Assembly: GCA_009887255.1 (NCBI GenBank)
Contig: QXXW01000030.1
Span: forward strand, 1-46,501
Direction: 5' to 3'
DNA: 46,501 nucleotides
DNA from: Candidatus Poseidoniales archaeon
Lineage (GTDB): Archaea; Thermoplasmatota; Poseidoniia; Poseidoniales; Poseidoniaceae
Shown: in pieces, positions 35,036 to 43,301 of the stretch
Position numbering within the stretch: position 1 is the first letter of the stretch
Layout of the letters: the number at the start of each line of letters is the position of its first letter
Translations under genes and position numbers: made by a program
The notes under the pieces: generated by a model
The model's database searches: none
The model's input: only the letters and a program-made list of their open reading frames with translations
Told to the model about the DNA's origin: nothing

Positions 35036-35404
35036 ATGGAAGGGCGAGACGTGCCGGCATGGGTGGCCCACACCCCGTTGGATGAATGGGAAACAATGAT
35101 GAAGAAGGTGGCTCTTTTCCATGACAAGCACGACTTTGCCGGCCAAAACGGGCACGACATGGGCTACCGACTTGCCTTAACCATAGAAGAATTGGGTGAA
35201 CTCGCTGCTGCAGTCACAAAAGGGAAACCCATTGAAGAATGCGCGGAGGAGATGGCGGATGTTCTGATCCTGCTGATGGGTCACAGTTTGGCCATGGAAG
35301 TTGACCTCAAAGCAGCCTTTGAGAAGAAATACGAGCGAATCATGCAACGAACCGCTCTGCAAGGGCGATTGGGTGTGCGTGTGACCGAGTACCGTCCTTC
35401 TTGA
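35036..35404 (+). CDS. MazG-like nucleoside triphosphate pyrophosphohydrolase
   Basis: The all-helical ~120-aa protein carries EELGELAAAV and EEMADVLILLM metal-binding helix motifs. The ATG at 35036 lies 8 nt after the MTAP stop. Confidence 0.6.
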   Translation: MEGRDVPAWVAHTPLDEWETMMKKVALFHDKHDFAGQNGHDMGYRLALTIEELGELAAAVTKGKPIEECAEEMADVLILLMGHSLAMEVDLKAAFEKKYERIMQRTALQGRLGVRVTEYRPS

Positions 35405-35875
35405 TCAGCGTATCCAATGTTGGAACGTCATGTTGTGCTCGTCCTTCGGACCCGCCTCAACCCGACGTTCACCGATCAAATAGAACCCTTCACCCTCGAG
35501 CGTCGGTGCAAAGGTGTCCGCTCCTTCAACAGCGGTGTGCACGATGGTCCGACGGATTTCTTTCGCGTGTTCCATAAAGAGCGTGTAAATTTCTCCACCA
35601 CCAATGATGAACACGTCTTCGGACTCTGCAAGGGCCAACACCTCGTCGACGTTCATCTGCTCCACTTCGGCTTCCAAGACGGTCCTTGACATCACAATGT
35701 TGCGCCGTTGAGGGAGTGCTCCACCCAAGCTGTCCCACGTTTTCCGACCCATCACGATGGGTCGCTGCATCGTTGTCCTCTTGAAGTGCTTCAGATCGCT
35801 GGATTGCCTCCAGGGCAAATCTCCATCTTTCCCGATGGCGCCGTGTTCGTCGCAAGCAAAAATCATCAACAGCAC
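35405..35875 (-). CDS. folA: dihydrofolate reductase
   Basis: IFACDEHGAIGKDGDLPWRQSSDLKHFKRTTMQRPIVMGRKTWDSLG is canonical DHFR. The gene lies 9 nt downstream of thyA. Confidence 0.85.
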   Translation of the reverse strand: MLLMIFACDEHGAIGKDGDLPWRQSSDLKHFKRTTMQRPIVMGRKTWDSLGGALPQRRNIVMSRTVLEAEVEQMNVDEVLALAESEDVFIIGGGEIYTLFMEHAKEIRRTIVHTAVEGADTFAPTLEGEGFYLIGERRVEAGPKDEHNMTFQHWIR

Positions 35876-35884
35876 AAGATCACC

Positions 35885-36679
35885 TTACACCGAAATGGGC
35901 GCCTTGATGTGCGGGTGATGCTCGTAACCCGTGACTTCAATGTCTTCATAGGTGAACCCGTCGATGTCGAGGATGTCGGGGTTCAGATTGAGTTTGGGAA
36001 GGTTGAGAGGTGCCCGACCGACTTGCAATTTGGCCTGGTCCAGGTGGTTGAGGTAAAGATGGGCGTCCCCAAGGGTGTGGACAAACACTCCGGGTTCGAG
36101 TCCGCAAACTTGCGCCATCATGTGGGTGAGAAGGGCGTAGGATGCGATGTTGAACGGCACGCCGAGGAACACGTCTGCACTTCGTTGATACAACTGACAA
36201 TTCAAACGACCGTTGGAGACATGGAACTGAAAGAAGGCATGGCACGGCATGAGGGCCATGGCCTCCAACTCACCAACGTTCCATGCTGAGACGATGATTC
36301 GTCGGCTGTCGGGGTTGGTTTTGATCGTATGAATGGCCTCTTCAATCTGGTCGATGATTCGGCCGTCCTTGGCCTCCCAACGTCTCCACTGCTTCCCATA
36401 GACGGGGCCGAGTTCCCCGTGTTCATCGGCCCATGCGTCCCATATTTTGACACCGTTTTCTTGGAGATAGCCAACGTTGGTGTCGCCGTTGAGAAACCAC
36501 AGAAGTTCGTGCACGATGGAAGGGAGATGGAGTTTCTTTGTGGTGACCATTGGAAATCCATCGGCGAGGTCAAATCGCATTTGGTAACCGAAGACAGAAC
36601 GTGTCCCGGTACCGGTTCGGTCGCTCTTTTCCACACCGTGGTCCAAGATGTGCTGCATCAAGTCAAGGTAGGCTCGCAT
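35885..36679 (-). CDS. thyA: thymidylate synthase (ThyA type)
   Basis: [26 protein letters not shown], a catalytic PCH in [11 protein letters not shown], and DAHLYLNH are all present. The 264-aa length fits. Confidence 0.95.
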   Translation of the reverse strand: MRAYLDLMQHILDHGVEKSDRTGTGTRSVFGYQMRFDLADGFPMVTTKKLHLPSIVHELLWFLNGDTNVGYLQENGVKIWDAWADEHGELGPVYGKQWRRWEAKDGRIIDQIEEAIHTIKTNPDSRRIIVSAWNVGELEAMALMPCHAFFQFHVSNGRLNCQLYQRSADVFLGVPFNIASYALLTHMMAQVCGLEPGVFVHTLGDAHLYLNHLDQAKLQVGRAPLNLPKLNLNPDILDIDGFTYEDIEVTGYEHHPHIKAPISV

Positions 36680-36703
36680 GTCGTCCCCTTGGGCTGGTCA
36701 GTG

Positions 36704-36864
36704 TGGGAAGCACTTGATGGTTGTTCACGTGAATCGGTCGGCGTTCTCCTTTGAACAGCCATCGACCGAGGATGGGTGATGAAACTGCGGATGTGTTTCA
36801 TTCGGTCAATGCATGCCAGAATGAGAAAATCTGTGGCCGGTCCGTATGGGGAGCACTTGATGGT
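36704..36864. repeat. 18-nt direct repeat pair (TGGGRAGCACTTGATGGT) at 36704..36721 and 36847..36864, bracketing the thyA leader
   Basis: 17 of 18 positions are identical within a 188-nt intergenic region. A 7-bp hairpin ATGAAAC-N9-GTTTCAT lies between the copies at 36779..36801. Confidence 0.7.
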
Positions 36865-36867
36865 CAC

Positions 36868-37653
36868 TCAAGCAGGGTGTACCTCGACGGGAAGAAACAA
36901 GAGGTCACTGTTCAGGGTTTGATGCTGAGCATATTTTTGAAAATGGTGGGCTGCGATGGTGTCTGTCAATCCTTTCAGATGATGCTTGATGTCGTTCATC
37001 TCAACCCCCTTGCCTCTGTGAAGACGTTGAGCAAAGCTCTGCAACATGTCAACAGCAGCCATCGGCATCCCGATGTCGATCGCCTCCTGAATGTCTCGAA
37101 TCTCGTCGATGTCCTCCGCCGTCAATTCGATACCGCCCATTTTGAATCCAGGTCCTCTCCAGCCTGGCCCTCCATTCTTCGTCAATCGCCAAAGGACATT
37201 GGGCGTGGCGATCTCTGGCCAACCGGCTGCCCCAAGGAGGACGAGTGAAACGAGGGCGTCAGCGATAGCGCAGTCGGGATACAAGGTGGTGTGAAGAATA
37301 CAGACCTCGTCCTCGTAAGCCACGGTTCTGTTTCGACCTCGATAGAGGGTTACGGCGAGGTGTGAGTCGCCATTGACGAGATACCGATGAATCGTTTTGA
37401 TGACATCAATCCGTACTTCATCACCATCGATGACAATCACCAACAACCCACGATCAGAACCCTCCAACACCCTTTCCTCCCAAACATCGGTGTTGTCGAC
37501 GATCGAACCGAGGAGGGCAAGACCGCGAAGTTCAGCGTCAATCCGATGTTGTTCAATCGGTTCGTTCCCCTCTGATGGAAGCGTCAAGGTGCCGAAGCGG
37601 GTGTTGTGGGAGCACACAGAAGCGTTGTTTGCCGAGGTTATTTGAATTCTCAT
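36868..37653 (-). CDS. hypothetical protein, translationally coupled to plsC-like gene
   Basis: 261-aa ORF whose ATG overlaps the upstream stop (ATGA at 37650..37653). I recognise no motif. Confidence 0.5.
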   Translation of the reverse strand: MRIQITSANNASVCSHNTRFGTLTLPSEGNEPIEQHRIDAELRGLALLGSIVDNTDVWEERVLEGSDRGLLVIVIDGDEVRIDVIKTIHRYLVNGDSHLAVTLYRGRNRTVAYEDEVCILHTTLYPDCAIADALVSLVLLGAAGWPEIATPNVLWRLTKNGGPGWRGPGFKMGGIELTAEDIDEIRDIQEAIDIGMPMAAVDMLQSFAQRLHRGKGVEMNDIKHHLKGLTDTIAAHHFQKYAQHQTLNSDLLFLPVEVHPA

Positions 37654-38432
37654 TGAGCCCCTAAAGCACGAAGAGAACCCATGATTTGATCGGTAAACTT
37701 CCGGTACAGGCCGGCCAGCGCCGTGCGAACCTCATGGTCCTCAAGGTCAGCCATCGCTGTCAAACTTTCAGCATCGAGCTGCCCTCCGTTTGGATGGCTT
37801 AACCATTCCAGCCAGGTCACGGGATGGCCGACATTGACCTCAAACCGCTTCCATAGGCGCGGGAATTTATGCTGCTGAGGGGCCATGATGCCTCGGGTTC
37901 CAACCAAGGCCAGGGGGACGACGCTGGTGTTTGGTGAGGCCGCAGCCAATCGAGCGATGCCCGTCTTGCCGGGAAGCAAGAACGGCTGTTCGGTTCGTTT
38001 TGACCGGGTCCCTTCAGGGAAAATCCCGAGGGCTTGACCCTCATCGAGAACGGAAACCGCACTTGCCAAAGCATCGGTTCCTCCCTCTGAGCGTTTGGTC
38101 TCAATTTGACCTGTTGCATGCATCACCACTCGCGTAAACGCCTTGTCAAAATGACCCTCTTTGGCGAGGTAATAGGTGGTTCTTCTCGCCGCTGCAATCA
38201 CGGCGATGGGGTCGACATGAGAAAGGTGGTTAGCGGCCAAGATGGTTGAGCCCGTTCGTGGTATGCGCCCCGCACCGTTGATTTTCCAGCGGAGGAATGG
38301 ACGTAGCATGGGTGAAAGGAACCGACGAAGTAAACTATAGACCGGCGTACTCGGGAGTTTTTCTCCTGTGGATTCGATGACCCAATGCTGGCGAAGATTT
38401 TGCCATGCTTCCTCAACATCGGGTGCTGACAT
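37650..38432 (-). CDS. plsC: 1-acyl-sn-glycerol-3-phosphate acyltransferase-family (PlsC/LPLAT) protein
   Basis: The acyltransferase motif I is ANHLSHVDP (HX4D), motif III is FPEGTRS, and PLALVGT follows downstream. Confidence 0.75.
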   Translation of the reverse strand: MSAPDVEEAWQNLRQHWVIESTGEKLPSTPVYSLLRRFLSPMLRPFLRWKINGAGRIPRTGSTILAANHLSHVDPIAVIAAARRTTYYLAKEGHFDKAFTRVVMHATGQIETKRSEGGTDALASAVSVLDEGQALGIFPEGTRSKRTEQPFLLPGKTGIARLAAASPNTSVVPLALVGTRGIMAPQQHKFPRLWKRFEVNVGHPVTWLEWLSHPNGGQLDAESLTAMADLEDHEVRTALAGLYRKFTDQIMGSLRALGAQ

Positions 38433-38545
38433 GGTTCAACACCAGCAGCGTATGGGTCTTGACTGTTGTTCAGATATTGCTCGGAAGTCAGCCGTTTAAC
38501 TGGCGTTAAGCCGAGGACAACGGTCAAAGAGGTTGGCCAAGACCG

Positions 38546-39850
38546 TTGACCATGCGTTACCGTCGTGGGGCACGTGTCGTTCCCATGTTCTTGCTGCATT
38601 GCTTGTTGTTGGTGACCATTCAGCCTGTGGTGTTAGCAGAATCTGCATGGGAAGAAGACGGATGGCTCAACACGAGCATCGCTATGGATCGCGTCGAAAT
38701 GGGGGATGAGGTTGGATGCTATGGGATGCCGGGCCTTTCATGGTACAACGACCCTGGAGCCGTTGCTCAAACTTGTCGTGACTACATTGAGAACCGTTTG
38801 CCGGCCAGCAAATGGGGGGATTCTCCAATTTCCACATTCACACCCACGGGTCTCACCATGGCTCAACACACCACCATCAAAAATCAAGGATTTACAGTTC
38901 ACGGAGACAACACTGGATTGTCCGTGACCGCTTGGCACGATGAAGACGATCAACCCGATGATCTCTGGGATTGGTTCAATCTTGGCCGTCGTGGTGGAAG
39001 CCTTGAACTGGGAATCGCTGACCTTTCCTCGCTCCAGCAAGCCGTTGCAGACGGCGGTTTGGTCAACATGTATTGGGTGGGACGTATCAACGACGCAACC
39101 GTTCGCCACGACAACGAGGTTGTAGAATTTTTGACCTCCTCGGAAACAACGTGGTTGACCACATGGGGAGAAGTCTGGTCCGCTTGGTCAGCAAAACGTT
39201 GTTTTGAATTTGAACACACCATGGCCAACAGCGAGAACGGGAGCGTGTTGACCTTTCGCCCGCTTCTCACACCACAGTGCACCTCCGTACAGGACGGGCG
39301 AACATGGAATGTTCCTGTCACATGGGTGATCGATGTCGAAGGTCAAGATGTCCATCGGGTCACCGATGGCCAGGGTGATTTGGTCAACATTCAAGGTGAG
39401 CAAAACACGATGGAGGGATGGTGGCAGGAGGACAACGGTAGCGTGTTTCTTTCTGTTGTGAACAATCAAACCGTTCAGATTCATCTGAACAACACCACCG
39501 TTGAACATGACATTCTCGGTCAAACCGCGTGGTGGAACAACCACTCTGCAGCTGTGACGGTGGCCGGGCATGACACGACCGACATGTTTCGTTGGTCAAA
39601 GCGTTTCAACGACGACCCTGAGCTCCGCTTTACGTGGTTGGTCACTCCCAAACCTGCCGATGACGGCGGAGCCTGGATGACCTATGCCGTCGTGGGTGTC
39701 GCTTTGGTCAGTGTTCTCGCTATGCTGGGCATCCTCGCACGCGAGGGTGTAGGGCCACTTGCAGGTCGATGGCCTGGCGCTGAATCCACCCGTACGATAT
39801 CATCCCCAATCGGTGATGATGGGCGAAGCCTTGATGGCGAAGACGAGTGA
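38546..39850 (+). CDS. secreted, C-terminally membrane-anchored protein of unknown function
   Basis: The signal-like leader is VVPMFLLHCLLLVTIQPVVLA. The ectodomain is Trp-rich with NxT sequons, and the TM helix is WMTYAVVGVALVSVLAMLGIL. An alternative ATG lies at 38552. Confidence 0.6.
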   Translation: MTMRYRRGARVVPMFLLHCLLLVTIQPVVLAESAWEEDGWLNTSIAMDRVEMGDEVGCYGMPGLSWYNDPGAVAQTCRDYIENRLPASKWGDSPISTFTPTGLTMAQHTTIKNQGFTVHGDNTGLSVTAWHDEDDQPDDLWDWFNLGRRGGSLELGIADLSSLQQAVADGGLVNMYWVGRINDATVRHDNEVVEFLTSSETTWLTTWGEVWSAWSAKRCFEFEHTMANSENGSVLTFRPLLTPQCTSVQDGRTWNVPVTWVIDVEGQDVHRVTDGQGDLVNIQGEQNTMEGWWQEDNGSVFLSVVNNQTVQIHLNNTTVEHDILGQTAWWNNHSAAVTVAGHDTTDMFRWSKRFNDDPELRFTWLVTPKPADDGGAWMTYAVVGVALVSVLAMLGILAREGVGPLAGRWPGAESTRTISSPIGDDGRSLDGEDE

Positions 39851-41256
39851 GCACGCAAACGGCGGTAACCATGGACGGCGACGAGATCACCATCGACCCG
39901 TGGGGCAGTGCCCAATCCACCGATTACGACCGTATCATCGAACAATTTGGATTAACCTCGTTGGATGGGTGGCCTTTGGAAAACCCAACCAAACTCCACC
40001 GTAGGGGCATCGTGTTTGCTCACCGTGATCTTGATGTTGTTCAGGAAGCTCAACGAACCGGCGATGGTTTTGGTGTCTTGACGGGATTGATGCCCAGCGG
40101 CCAAATGCACATGGGCCATTCCATGGTTGTTGAACAGGTCAAGTGGTTTCAACAACAAGGCGCCGACGTTTCCATTGCCGTGGCGGATTTGGAAAGCCAA
40201 GCGACACGAGGCATCGGGCTCGAGGAAGGCCGCCGAACAGCGCTTTCAGAATACATTGCCCACTATGCTGCCATGGGTCTTGACCCTGAGCGGACTCAGG
40301 TCTATTTTCAGTCGACACGGCACGCAGTCCAGCGATTGGGATTCCATCTCGGAAAACGCACAAACCTCAGTGAGTTTGAAGCCATCTATGGGTTCAACGG
40401 CGAAACCAATTTGGCCCATGTTCAAGCCCCAATGGTCCAAGTGGGTGATATTTTACATCCGCAGATGGAGGAATTTGGCGGTCTTCGTCCCGTGGTTGTA
40501 CCTGTGGGAGTGGATCAAGATCCACACCTTCGTCTCACACGTGGATTGGCCACCAAAACCAACTGGTTCAACATCAAGGCGGCCCCGTCGGTCGGGTTGA
40601 TGATCAGCACCTCCGTCCACGACGAAAATGCGCACGTGTTTGGCAGACAGCCCAACGGCCGCCTTGACAAAAACAAGGTGGCTGAGGTCTTTCAACAGAT
40701 TGTCGAGGCCGTTCGCAACCTCGGTTTCTCCGACATCATCTCAAATCCCAAACAAGGTCATGTTCATGTCCCATCGGCCACGACTCGCGACCGCCACGGC
40801 CTCCGCATGTCGTTGCTTCGTTTGGAGCGGAACCTCGGGGGGCTGGGCTTGATGGCACCTTCTTCCACCTACCACCATTTTGCGGTCGGCCTTACTGGAA
40901 GCAAAATGAGCAGCAGTCAGCCGAAAACAACCTTGTTTCTTCGGGATGACGTGGCCACGGTTGAAAAGAAAATCAAGCGTGCTTTTTCCGGTAGTCAGGC
41001 GACTGTGGAGGAACATCGGCGCCTGGGAGGGAATCCCGACATCGATGTCGCCTATCAGTACATGATGTATTTCTTTGAGGACGACGATGCTTACCTTGCT
41101 GAACTCAATGCAAAATACCGTTCAGGCCATCTTTTGGCAGGTGAGATGAAACAAGAGTGCATTGAACGTGCGGTGGCTTGGATGTCGCATTTGGGTGAGA
41201 TGCGTGACCAAACTGCACACTTGGTCAACGATTTCTTAGCTGAAGATTCACGATGA
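39847..41256 (+). CDS. trpS: tryptophanyl-tRNA synthetase (archaeal/eukaryotic type) with an internal insertion
   Basis: The HIGH-like motif is PSGQMHMGH, then VDQDPHLRLTR, then KMSSS. The GTG start overlaps the upstream stop (GTGA), and an alternative ATG lies at 39871. Confidence 0.85.
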   Translation: MSTQTAVTMDGDEITIDPWGSAQSTDYDRIIEQFGLTSLDGWPLENPTKLHRRGIVFAHRDLDVVQEAQRTGDGFGVLTGLMPSGQMHMGHSMVVEQVKWFQQQGADVSIAVADLESQATRGIGLEEGRRTALSEYIAHYAAMGLDPERTQVYFQSTRHAVQRLGFHLGKRTNLSEFEAIYGFNGETNLAHVQAPMVQVGDILHPQMEEFGGLRPVVVPVGVDQDPHLRLTRGLATKTNWFNIKAAPSVGLMISTSVHDENAHVFGRQPNGRLDKNKVAEVFQQIVEAVRNLGFSDIISNPKQGHVHVPSATTRDRHGLRMSLLRLERNLGGLGLMAPSSTYHHFAVGLTGSKMSSSQPKTTLFLRDDVATVEKKIKRAFSGSQATVEEHRRLGGNPDIDVAYQYMMYFFEDDDAYLAELNAKYRSGHLLAGEMKQECIERAVAWMSHLGEMRDQTAHLVNDFLAEDSR

Positions 41257-41874
41257 ATCTTCCATGTCGTCGGTTGAGAAAACGGCAGGGTCTGGCCCCA
41301 CAGGTAGATCGACCAGTTCATCCATAGTCAGCGGTCGCTCGTTAGCATCTGGATGGAGAATCATGGAGTGGCCGTGGGGGTCAAGCAGTTCAAGCGTTAC
41401 TGGTGTGGGGTCCTCCGCCGAAAGTTGGGTGATGATGGCGGACATGTTGATGAGTTGACTCAAGTGCTCGCCTTCTTCATGGCTGTTGTCCGGTGAGGAC
41501 ATTAAATCTCGTTGTACCATGTTGATGATGTCTTGAAACCGCTTGAGTACGCCTTCAACATTTGACACATAACCCGTTGCGTTGCTTCCCGGGTTGACCG
41601 CCAAATCAAGTTCCGGAATTCGTATGGTACAGGACGATGCACGAACGACACGTGCGGTCAATTTTTGTGGTGAATCGATGGTCAACGACCACGCACCTGC
41701 TTTTTTTCCTTCTGCTGGGATGAAGTCCGTCTGGCGCCAAGAACAAGAATTGCAGAGCAATGTGATTTGAGTGTGTTCGCCAAAGTAAGGTATCTCATCG
41801 ATGTGAGTGATCATTTTCACCGACTCAAGGGCTCCACAAACCGGGCAAGGAAAGTCAATGTCCTGTTCGTTCAT
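41248..41874 (-). CDS. ZPR1-type zinc-finger protein (COG1779)
   Basis: CPVCGALESVKMITHIDEIPYFGEHTQITLLCNSCSWRQTDF is the ZPR1 C4 finger, and it is followed by the A-domain-like beta region. Confidence 0.7.
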   Translation of the reverse strand: MNEQDIDFPCPVCGALESVKMITHIDEIPYFGEHTQITLLCNSCSWRQTDFIPAEGKKAGAWSLTIDSPQKLTARVVRASSCTIRIPELDLAVNPGSNATGYVSNVEGVLKRFQDIINMVQRDLMSSPDNSHEEGEHLSQLINMSAIITQLSAEDPTPVTLELLDPHGHSMILHPDANERPLTMDELVDLPVGPDPAVFSTDDMEDSS

Positions 41875-42521
41875 CAGATCACATCACTGAAGTCATGGTC
41901 GCCGGCAGCAAACGCTTCCATTTCCGTTCCACGCACACCACGACAACCCTCTGGCAAACACATCAGTCTTGAATCGGTCATCTTTACGATACGTCCTCCA
42001 ATGTCCTCTTCAACCAGGCCCTGCAGTGTTGAAAGGGCTTGATTGAATTCTGTTGTTCTGTTCATGAGCCGTTGCATTTCCACAATGGCAGCATGGCCAT
42101 CCGCAATCCAGTCCAAGACCTGGTTGCAACCTGTGATGTCGTTCAACGTGGCGTAATGAATCACCATCCCGCCTCCTTCGAGCGGGACTGGAGCAGATGG
42201 ATACAGTTGGTCGAGGTCGTGGAATTTTGTCCCATTGCCCTTGACGGCATGGGGCTTCGTTTTCCCTCTGAGGCTGGGCATGTTGAAACTCCGTGGCCCC
42301 ATTTCTTCCTCGGTTGAAGCCCCAACTGAGGCTTCCTCGAGGCTGTGTTGGGCAGCCTCCAGTTGGTCAAGGTCCACCATGGAAGGGATGGGAAGGTCGT
42401 CGCCCTCCTCTCCTTGCGGTGCAGACCCTCGGGCAAAGGCGTCGAGGGACGACTGACCATCGTCTTTTTTCTTCTTCCTGCGCTTGCGCACGAGCCTTAC
42501 ACGAAAGCGACCGTACATCAA
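41874..42521 (-). CDS. sepF: SepF-like cell-division protein with long N-terminal extension
   Basis: The C-terminal ~90 aa (MVIHYATLNDITGCNQVLDWIADGHAAIVEMQRLMNRTTEFNQALSTLQGLVEEDIGGRIVKMTDSRLMCLP) follow the SepF/DUF552 pattern. The N-terminus is a basic segment, FRVRLVRKRRKKKK. Confidence 0.5.
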   Translation of the reverse strand: MMYGRFRVRLVRKRRKKKKDDGQSSLDAFARGSAPQGEEGDDLPIPSMVDLDQLEAAQHSLEEASVGASTEEEMGPRSFNMPSLRGKTKPHAVKGNGTKFHDLDQLYPSAPVPLEGGGMVIHYATLNDITGCNQVLDWIADGHAAIVEMQRLMNRTTEFNQALSTLQGLVEEDIGGRIVKMTDSRLMCLPEGCRGVRGTEMEAFAAGDHDFSDVI

Positions 42522-42611
42522 CGCTCCCCTTGGTCAAGGTCAAGTGGCGGTCAGAGAGCAGCAAGCGACCTCGCCTCAAGGTTCAAAGAGTGTCACGGTA
42601 GAGTGGATAAC

Positions 42612-43232
42612 ATGACCGAACAACAAGGCGTCCTGAAGACCGGCACCAGCACCGTTGGCATCACTTTCAAAGGTGGTGTAGTGGTTGGTGCAGACCACCG
42701 AGCAACCATGGGCCATTTCATTGCCAACAAAAGCGTGCAAAAGTTGTTCAAGATTGGCGACAACCTCGCCCTCACCACCGCCGGACTCGTGGGTCATGCG
42801 CAATCCCTGTCCAGGACACTTACAGCTGAGGTGGCGTTGTTTGAACTTCGACGCCAACAACCCATGACCGTCAAAGGTGCCGCAACCTTGACCGCTAACA
42901 TTCTCTCCGGCCGGCCGCACTGGGTTCAACTCCTCATCGTCGGCGTTGACCCAGATGGTGGTCATGTGTATTCCATTGACTCAGCCGGCGGCTCCATCCC
43001 CGACGACTACTGTGCGACCGGCTCGGGATCTCCCTACATGTACGGTGTGCTGGAAGACGGATTCAAAGCCAACATGACCCAAGCGGAGGCCTTAAATCTC
43101 GCCGCCCGAGCCCTTAGAGCATCCGGACAACGCGATGCAGCGTCTGGAAACGGCATGGATTTGGCTGTCATAACACCAAATGCAGGCTACCAACAAGTCT
43201 CGCAAGACGAGATTGCCAAACTGCTCAAGTGA
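42612..43232 (+). CDS. psmB: proteasome beta subunit
   Basis: The ATG at 42612 gives a short propeptide followed by GTSTVGITFKGGVVVGADHRAT, which carries the catalytic Thr context. The upstream part of track ORF 42345 is antisense to the sepF-like gene. Confidence 0.9.
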   Translation: MTEQQGVLKTGTSTVGITFKGGVVVGADHRATMGHFIANKSVQKLFKIGDNLALTTAGLVGHAQSLSRTLTAEVALFELRRQQPMTVKGAATLTANILSGRPHWVQLLIVGVDPDGGHVYSIDSAGGSIPDDYCATGSGSPYMYGVLEDGFKANMTQAEALNLAARALRASGQRDAASGNGMDLAVITPNAGYQQVSQDEIAKLLK

Positions 43233-43301
43233 GCCTTTTCCTCCCGCGACAACGTCGCTTTCGCCTCGGCGATTGAGTTGTGATGCCACGCGGAAGAACA
43301 G

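Noticed and set aside
35708-36289. 193-aa plus-strand ORF.
   Set aside because: It is antisense to folA and thyA, both of which are unambiguous. It is a shadow ORF.
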